Assembly (NCBI GenBank): GCA_020348925.1
Contig: CP070758.1
Span: 2,371,688-2,435,687 of the forward strand
Origin: Gemmatimonadota bacterium
GTDB taxonomy: Bacteria; JBHIER01; G020348925
Reading direction: 5' to 3'
Length of the DNA stretch: 64,000 nt
The translations under genes were made by a program, and so were the position numbers. Below, piece by piece: positions 58,674-64,000 of the stretch (its first letter is position 1; each line of letters starts with the position of its first letter). Below the pieces are notes generated by a model, which saw only the letters and a program-made list of their open reading frames with translations, did no database searches and had not been told where the DNA came from.

Positions 58674-59207
58674 ATGCGCGAGAAAAGATTGTCTCGAAGA
58701 GGTTTTGTGAAACAGGCAACTCTGGGTGCTGCGGCTCTGGGTGTTTCGGGGATGACTTGGACTGGAGAAAAAACAGCTCGGGTGTTTCCCGGAAAAATGG
58801 AGCCAACCGAAGTTGTTCGGCTCCTCAACCAGGACATTACGGGAGAGATCGACGCCATTCTCACTTACATGAGAAATGCATTCATCATCCCCCAGTGCGA
58901 GGCACGTTGTGAGATGGAGGAGATCGGCAAGGATGAGATGAGGCACGTGGAATGGCTTTCGGGTTTGGTGACCGATTTCGGCGGAATTCCGACCATGGAA
59001 CACCACGAGCTTTCTTTTGGGGGGGATAGTCCTAGGGATTTTCTCAAGCGGGCGATTGCGCTGGAAAAAGGCGCCATTGCCCAGTACAAAGATCATAGTG
59101 AACAGATCGATCACAGGGAAGTGGTAGAGTACTTGGAGGTCATCCTGTGGGAGGAGGAGAAGCATCTGAAGGAATTTGAGGAGCTCCTTGAGGATATGAT
59201 GGAATAG
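58674..59207 (+). CDS. Ferritin-like di-iron protein with twin-arginine (Tat) signal
   Basis: SRRGFVK plus hydrophobic stretch. Di-iron motifs GEIDAILTY…DEMRH and LEKGAIAQY…EEEKH. Confidence 0.8.
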   Translation: MREKRLSRRGFVKQATLGAAALGVSGMTWTGEKTARVFPGKMEPTEVVRLLNQDITGEIDAILTYMRNAFIIPQCEARCEMEEIGKDEMRHVEWLSGLVTDFGGIPTMEHHELSFGGDSPRDFLKRAIALEKGAIAQYKDHSEQIDHREVVEYLEVILWEEEKHLKEFEELLEDMME

Positions 59208-59305
59208 GCCTCCTCGTGCAAAAATGGTGTTTTCTATTGTACCAAGTTGTTATTTTAAACGGAGTATTGCGTTCTTCATAGTTGGTATAGATCCAAAGGA
59301 GGTAC

Positions 59306-59788
59306 ATGATGGCCGTTCTGTTTTCTGCGCGTGAAATTGTCGAAGCCGCTGTTGAGAAGGAAAGGAAGAGAAAGGGGTTCTATTCGAATGTGTCGGAGTT
59401 GAGCGAAAATGAAGAAATGAAGGACCTGTTTCGATTCCTGACAGAAGAGGAACAGAGGCATGTTGAGTCCTTTCTCAACATCCGGGATCGCCTCCCTGAA
59501 GCATCACACACCATTGAGTATTCTGAAGAAATGCAGGCCTATATGGACTCCGTCATTGACGATCGCCTCTATTCCGATATTGATTCAAAGGGTTTTGTCC
59601 AAAAAGCCATAGATGCCAAAAACGTTTTCCGTTTGGCCATCGGTTTTGAGAAAGATGCGATCCTGTACTTCAGAGAATTTCTGCCCTATCTGTCTGAATC
59701 GGACCGGAAGGTCGTGGAGGAACTGATTGAACAGGAAAAAGGCCATATTCGGAGGCTCTCAGATATGAAGAAGCGGATGGCTGAATAG
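59306..59788 (+). CDS. Ferritin-like di-iron protein
   Basis: EKE…FY…EEEQRH and GFEKDAILYF…EQEKGH. Confidence 0.85.
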   Translation: MMAVLFSAREIVEAAVEKERKRKGFYSNVSELSENEEMKDLFRFLTEEEQRHVESFLNIRDRLPEASHTIEYSEEMQAYMDSVIDDRLYSDIDSKGFVQKAIDAKNVFRLAIGFEKDAILYFREFLPYLSESDRKVVEELIEQEKGHIRRLSDMKKRMAE

Positions 59789-59808
59789 GATTAAAGGAGG
59801 ATGGTAGC

Positions 59809-60345
59809 ATGGGAGAAACTGTGGGATGCCCGACAGAAATATTGGAGTATGCCCTCACACTGGAGAAAGATGGCTACGACTTCTATTGCAGCGCCAGCGA
59901 GAAGGTTGCGAATCCTATAGGAAAAAAGATGCTGGCGTGGTTGGCCAAAGAGGAAACAGAGCATATTAAGACGCTGACAAAGGCCCTCAAAAGTATGCAG
60001 GAGGAGGGGAAGTTGGCCTGCTCGGAGGAGGAGCTCGAGAGGGCCGATACATTCAGATTTCGAACGATGTTCAGCCAAGCCAAGGAGAAGGTCAAGGCCC
60101 TCGTCCCAGCAGATGCGGATGATCTCAAAGCCCTGGAAATTGCCATGGAAATGGAAAACAAAGGGTACACCTTTTATAAAGATTCGGTGAAAGAGGTTGA
60201 TGATCCTGAAGGAAAAGCTCTTCTTGAATCGTTGGCACAGGATGAATCTGACCACTACGATGCGCTTCAAAACACCTATACCTATCTGAAAACGCCTGAT
60301 CTCTGGTTCGCCTGGGAGGAGGGGCATATGTACGAGGCCGGATAA
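59809..60345 (+). CDS. Ferritin-like di-iron protein
   Basis: LEKDGYDFY…KEETEH and MENKGYTFY…DESDH. Confidence 0.85.
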   Translation: MGETVGCPTEILEYALTLEKDGYDFYCSASEKVANPIGKKMLAWLAKEETEHIKTLTKALKSMQEEGKLACSEEELERADTFRFRTMFSQAKEKVKALVPADADDLKALEIAMEMENKGYTFYKDSVKEVDDPEGKALLESLAQDESDHYDALQNTYTYLKTPDLWFAWEEGHMYEAG

Positions 60346-60357
60346 GAAACAAGAAAA

Positions 60358-60390
60358 AGATCTCCGAGGTTTCCGAGACTTCGGACGTCT
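60358..60390. repeat. 33-nt palindromic repeat copy
   Basis: AGATCTCCGAGGTTTCCGAGACTTCGGACGTCT. Confidence 0.6.
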
Positions 60391-60413
60391 GATGATGAAA
60401 GGAGGTGATTTTC

Positions 60414-60530
60414 ATGGCGGAGCAAGGGAAAACCTATGTATGTAACATCTGTGGACAGGAAGTCACTGTCACAAAAGCAGGCGTGGGGACGCTCGTCTGT
60501 TGCAACAAGCCGATGGAAGTGAACGAGTGA
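60414..60530 (+). CDS. Desulforedoxin (stand-alone FeCys4 protein, 38 aa; absent from the ORF track)
   Basis: RBS AAGGAGGTGA. Sequence MAEQGKTYVCNICGQEVTVTKAGVGTLVCCNKPMEVNE carries the CxxC…CC..PM signature. Confidence 0.93.
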   Translation: MAEQGKTYVCNICGQEVTVTKAGVGTLVCCNKPMEVNE

Positions 60531-60599
60531 AAGAAATCGTGATATGGACAGCGCTCTTTTTTTGAGCAGACATTCGTGTCTATCTGAACGGAGGTGACA

Positions 60600-61052
60600 A
60601 TGGAGCACAAGGAATTTCAGGACGTGTTGACATTTGCCATTGAAAAGGAAGAGGAAGCGGCCGCTTTTTATCAGGAAGCGAGCCGGAAAGCCGAAAAGTC
60701 TCACATGAAGGAGGCTTTTCTGAGTATGGCGGAAGAAGAACAGAAACACAAGGAACTGCTCACGAATCTCGATGTGGAAAAAGTTGCCGAGAAAAAAATC
60801 GAGAGTGTCGCGGATTTGAAGATCTCCGATTATCTTGTGGATGTAAAGTACAGCCCTGATATGGAGTATCAGGATGTATTGATTCTGGCCATGAAACGGG
60901 AGAAGAAGGCCTTTCAGCTCTATACGAACATTGCGGACCGGACGGACGACACTGACATACAAAAGCTGTTTCAGGTTCTGGCCCAGGAGGAGGCCAAGCA
61001 CAAGCTGAAGCTGGAGACCGAATACGATGAACATGTCATGGAGGGCTATTAA
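60600..61052 (+). CDS. Ferritin-like di-iron protein
   Basis: AIEKEEEAAAFY…EEEQKH and AMKREKKAFQLY…EEAKHKLKLE.EYD. Confidence 0.88.
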   Translation: MEHKEFQDVLTFAIEKEEEAAAFYQEASRKAEKSHMKEAFLSMAEEEQKHKELLTNLDVEKVAEKKIESVADLKISDYLVDVKYSPDMEYQDVLILAMKREKKAFQLYTNIADRTDDTDIQKLFQVLAQEEAKHKLKLETEYDEHVMEGY

Positions 61053-61090
61053 TCGGCCGGATGATGCGTGATACATAGGAGGGAGTCAAC

Positions 61091-61585
61091 ATGACGATCT
61101 ATTGGTCCGGGGAAGAGATCCTCGAAATGGCCGTTCAGATAGAAAAGAATGGTGTGGATTTCTACCTGGGACTGGCCGAGTCGGCGAAAGATGATAACAT
61201 GAGAGGACTGATGCAATACCTGGCCGAAGAGGAAAAGAAGCACATGGCCATCTTTCGGAAATTGTCCGGTGTGTCTGACCAAGAGCACCTGAAAAACCTG
61301 TACGAGCTTCAGTATGGTGAGGAAGGGCGTCTCTACCTCAAAGCATTGGCCGACACGAAGATTTTTGCTGATTCCAACGAAGCGGCGCACTGGGCCAGGG
61401 GGGCGGAAAATCCCTCAGAGGCCCTGGGGACAGCGATCGATCTGGAGAAGGATTCTATCCTTTTCTATCAGGAAATGCGGAATTTCGTGCGTGCCGATGA
61501 CCGGAACCTCGTTGATGAGATCATCAACGAAGAAAAAAAGCACATTCAGACGTTGGCCACGTTGAAAAAGGAATGTCTTTCATAG
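61091..61585 (+). CDS. Ferritin-like di-iron protein
   Basis: AVQIEKNGVDFY…EEEKKH and LEKDSILFY…NEEKKH. Confidence 0.88.
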   Translation: MTIYWSGEEILEMAVQIEKNGVDFYLGLAESAKDDNMRGLMQYLAEEEKKHMAIFRKLSGVSDQEHLKNLYELQYGEEGRLYLKALADTKIFADSNEAAHWARGAENPSEALGTAIDLEKDSILFYQEMRNFVRADDRNLVDEIINEEKKHIQTLATLKKECLS

Positions 61586-61715
61586 GGAGAGTCTTTAAGA
61601 TGAAAGGAGTATTTCAATATCGTCTCTCACCGCTTCTCCCTCTTTCCGAGTTTTGAATGTCATTTTTGAACGAGGCGATCTCATTTCAACACAGTTCGGT
61701 CTTGGAGATAGAAAC

Positions 61716-62717
61716 ATGAGGCTTGAAAAAGCACTTTTGGTCGTCAGTGTTCAGAACGATTTCTGCTCGGGTGGTGCTCTGACCGTTCCGTGGGGTGATG
61801 ACGTTGTACCGGTGCTCAATGCGTACATTGAGCTCTTTTCTGAGAGGCGCTTGCCGGTTTTTGCCTCGCGGAATTGGCATCCAAAAAGGTCAAAGCATTT
61901 TCGGGAGTTCGGCGGTCAATGGCCCATCCATTGTGTGCAGAATACCGATGGAGCCCGATTCCATGGAGCACTCACATTGCCCCAAGATGTCATTGTCCTG
62001 TCAAAGGGGATGGATCCTGAGAAGGATACCTATTCGGATTTTGAGTCGTTCGATTCCAACGGAGTCGCTTTTTCAGATATACTGAGAATTCTTGGAATAG
62101 ATGAATTGTTCGTAGGTGGACTTGCCACGGACTCCTGTGTCAAGCATACGGTTCTCGATGCGCTGAAATTTGGATTTCAGGTGAAATTATTGATGGATGG
62201 TATCAGAGGCGTCAATGTAAAATCCAAAGATTCAGAAGCTGCGATACGGGAGATGATGAAGCATGGCGCCAAGAAGATGACTCTGGGGAGGCTGCCGGCT
62301 TCCGTGCCGGAGCGGAAGCGTGCAACCTGCGATCACATCGGTATTTTCACTATGAACGTCAAAAAATTATCCGATTTTTATGTGAGGACCCTGGGGTTCA
62401 AAAGTGAAAAGGAAGAGGTGTTCACCACGTCCCTTATGAGAAAGGCTCTGGGAGTGCATTCGGATTGTATGATGATTCGACTTGTATCGGGCGATGTCAG
62501 ACTTGAGTTATTCCAACCAACTTCGGTTCGGCTCGCAAGGAGGCTCAATATTTCGGCAGGCTACAATCATTGGGGATATCACGTCGGTGACAGAGGGAGA
62601 TATGTTCGGAAGCTCAAAAAAAAAGGTGTTCCTATCATTGAGGTTCGACGGAACGACCGGACAGTCTATTTCGTGAAAGATCCCGATGGAAACAGGATCG
62701 AAATTCGAGGATATTAA
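61716..62717 (+). CDS. Nicotinamidase/isochorismatase-like domain fused to a VOC (glyoxalase-like) domain
   Basis: VQNDFC.GGAL, WPIHCVQ, SKG and GLATDSCV, then DHIGI…FY..LGF…LELF…HWG…YFVKDPDGNRIEI. Confidence 0.8.
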   Translation: MRLEKALLVVSVQNDFCSGGALTVPWGDDVVPVLNAYIELFSERRLPVFASRNWHPKRSKHFREFGGQWPIHCVQNTDGARFHGALTLPQDVIVLSKGMDPEKDTYSDFESFDSNGVAFSDILRILGIDELFVGGLATDSCVKHTVLDALKFGFQVKLLMDGIRGVNVKSKDSEAAIREMMKHGAKKMTLGRLPASVPERKRATCDHIGIFTMNVKKLSDFYVRTLGFKSEKEEVFTTSLMRKALGVHSDCMMIRLVSGDVRLELFQPTSVRLARRLNISAGYNHWGYHVGDRGRYVRKLKKKGVPIIEVRRNDRTVYFVKDPDGNRIEIRGY

Positions 62718-62756
62718 ACCAACCGTGAAGTGGCACAGGAATTGGAGGTATACGGA

Positions 62757-63956
62757 ATGCCAGCAGTGGAAATCAAGCCAGGCGTCTACTGGATCGGAGT
62801 TAATGACCGGACCACAGATCTTTTTGAAGGTCTGTGGCCCATCACGAAGGAGGGGGTCTCATACAACAGCTATTTTGTGGACGATGAGAAGAAAGTTCTT
62901 ATCGATTTGACCAAATCCTTCAAAGTTGATGAGTTTCTCAATCAGATCAGCCAGATTACGGATATTGCACGGATCGATTATATCGTGATCAACCATATGG
63001 AGCCGGATCACTCCGGCGTGTTGAGCACGATGAGGAAGATCGCACCGAATGTGACTCTTGTAGGGTGCAAGAAGACAAAAGACATGTTGGCATCATTTCT
63101 CGGTATTACAGAAAATATCAGAGTTATCCAAGACGGAGAAACCCTCCCTCTTGGAAAAAGGGAGCTGCAATTCTTCGTCACTCCCTTCGTCCACTGGCCT
63201 GAGACCATTATGACCTATGAGCTGTCGGATAAGATACTCTTCTCCTGCGATGCCTTCGGTGGATACGGCGCACTTCGGGGGGCGATATTTGACGACGAGT
63301 GCACGGATTTCGATTTCTATGAGAGAGAGTCGCTCCGGTATTATGTCAATATCGTGGCCAAATACAGCGCTCCTGTGCTCAAGGCTACTGACAGACTGAC
63401 CGATGTTCCCGTTGATATTATCGCGCCCTCCCACGGTCTGATCTGGCGAAAAAATCCTCAGATCATTGTCCAATTGTACAAAACGTGGGCGGGGTATGCA
63501 GGTGGAAAGACCGAACCCGGTGTGACACTCGTATACGGTTCGATGTACGGCAATACCGAGGCGATGATGAACGCCGTGGCGCAAGGTATCTCAAGCGTTG
63601 GCGTTCCCGTGGATATCTTTGATGCGGCGCGGACCCATTCCAGTTATATTTTACCGTCGTTATGGACGAAGAGAGGGGTGATGATCGGCGCCCCCACGTA
63701 CGAGACGAAGTTGTTCCCGCCGGTGGCCCAGATTCTTGAGATGGCGGTTCAAAAGCGCGTCTTGAATAAGAAAGTGGCTGTTTTTGGAAGTTACGGATGG
63801 AGTAAAGGAGCCGAAAAACATCTGGAGGAGATCATCGCACCGCTGGAATGGGAGATGGTCGATCTGTTCCAGTTCAACGGGCGTCCGACCCAGGAGGATC
63901 TGAAAAAAGGTGAGACATTTGGGGTGAACTTTGCTACTCTCGTAAAGACTGAGTAG
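62757..63956 (+). CDS. fprA: Flavodiiron protein (FprA/ROO family)
   Basis: SYNSY, NHMEPDHSG, HWPET, SCDAFG and APSHG. Flavodoxin domain YGSMYGNT and FGSYGWS. Confidence 0.95.
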   Translation: MPAVEIKPGVYWIGVNDRTTDLFEGLWPITKEGVSYNSYFVDDEKKVLIDLTKSFKVDEFLNQISQITDIARIDYIVINHMEPDHSGVLSTMRKIAPNVTLVGCKKTKDMLASFLGITENIRVIQDGETLPLGKRELQFFVTPFVHWPETIMTYELSDKILFSCDAFGGYGALRGAIFDDECTDFDFYERESLRYYVNIVAKYSAPVLKATDRLTDVPVDIIAPSHGLIWRKNPQIIVQLYKTWAGYAGGKTEPGVTLVYGSMYGNTEAMMNAVAQGISSVGVPVDIFDAARTHSSYILPSLWTKRGVMIGAPTYETKLFPPVAQILEMAVQKRVLNKKVAVFGSYGWSKGAEKHLEEIIAPLEWEMVDLFQFNGRPTQEDLKKGETFGVNFATLVKTE

Positions 63957-64000
63957 TGATCGTGAATTGCACTGAATAGGCGATTTGGAGAGGAGGTGAG

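Noticed and set aside
51538-60530. Sec read-through at other TGA stops (rubrerythrin, cytochrome, SOR, Hsp20, ZupT, desulforedoxin)
   Set aside because: These TGAs fall at the natural C-termini of complete domains and not at Cys-equivalent positions.
49064-61585. Encapsulin nanocompartment cargo system
   Set aside because: There is no encapsulin shell gene in the window, and the C-terminal tails lack a clear L.[VI]GSL-type targeting motif.
1-64000. tRNA (including tRNA-Sec), rRNA, tmRNA, transposase or integrase genes
   Set aside because: No cloverleaf/T-loop pattern or recombinase motifs were recognised by eye. A tRNAscan-SE/Infernal run would be needed to exclude them formally.

Overview
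64-kb window from a diderm bacterium. The TonB/TolC systems, GWxTD proteins, secreted proteins with FlgD-like Ig C-terminal domains and a dockerin suggest an FCB-adjacent candidate phylum such as KSB1, Latescibacterota or Zixibacteria; this taxonomy is inference only. Nearly all genes are on the + strand. (1) 1-32.8 kb is a housekeeping/envelope block: purD, purE, a CDF transporter, tsaC, an LMW phosphatase, cobO, ADP-heptose enzymes, a SPOR protein, an M28 peptidase, secreted Ig proteins, a TonB-dependent receptor with ExbB-ExbD-ExbD-TonB, a Yip1-TolC-MFP-ABC exporter and two GWxTD proteins. (2) 33.6-45.8 kb is a partly AT-richer module: a DUF2254-like membrane protein, an FHA protein, a 1157-aa transmembrane Ser/Thr kinase, a PEGA protein and two large secreted proteins. 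(3) 46-64 kb is a large co-oriented oxidative-stress/iron cluster headed by a PerR/Fur gene with a 17/19 Fur box. It holds nine ferritin-superfamily genes (one with a Tat signal), catalase, superoxide reductase, a stand-alone desulforedoxin, a peroxiredoxin, a pentaheme cytochrome c, ZupT and a flavodiiron protein. The strongest signal missed by the ORF track is a tandem pair of probable selenoprotein genes. One is a protein disulfide oxidoreductase with a UPYC motif. The other is an unannotated 54-aa membrane-anchored protein with a UxxxxC motif. Each in-frame TGA is followed by a SECIS-like hairpin. No rRNA, tRNA, CRISPR array or transposase was seen. All product calls come from motif recognition; no database searches were run.
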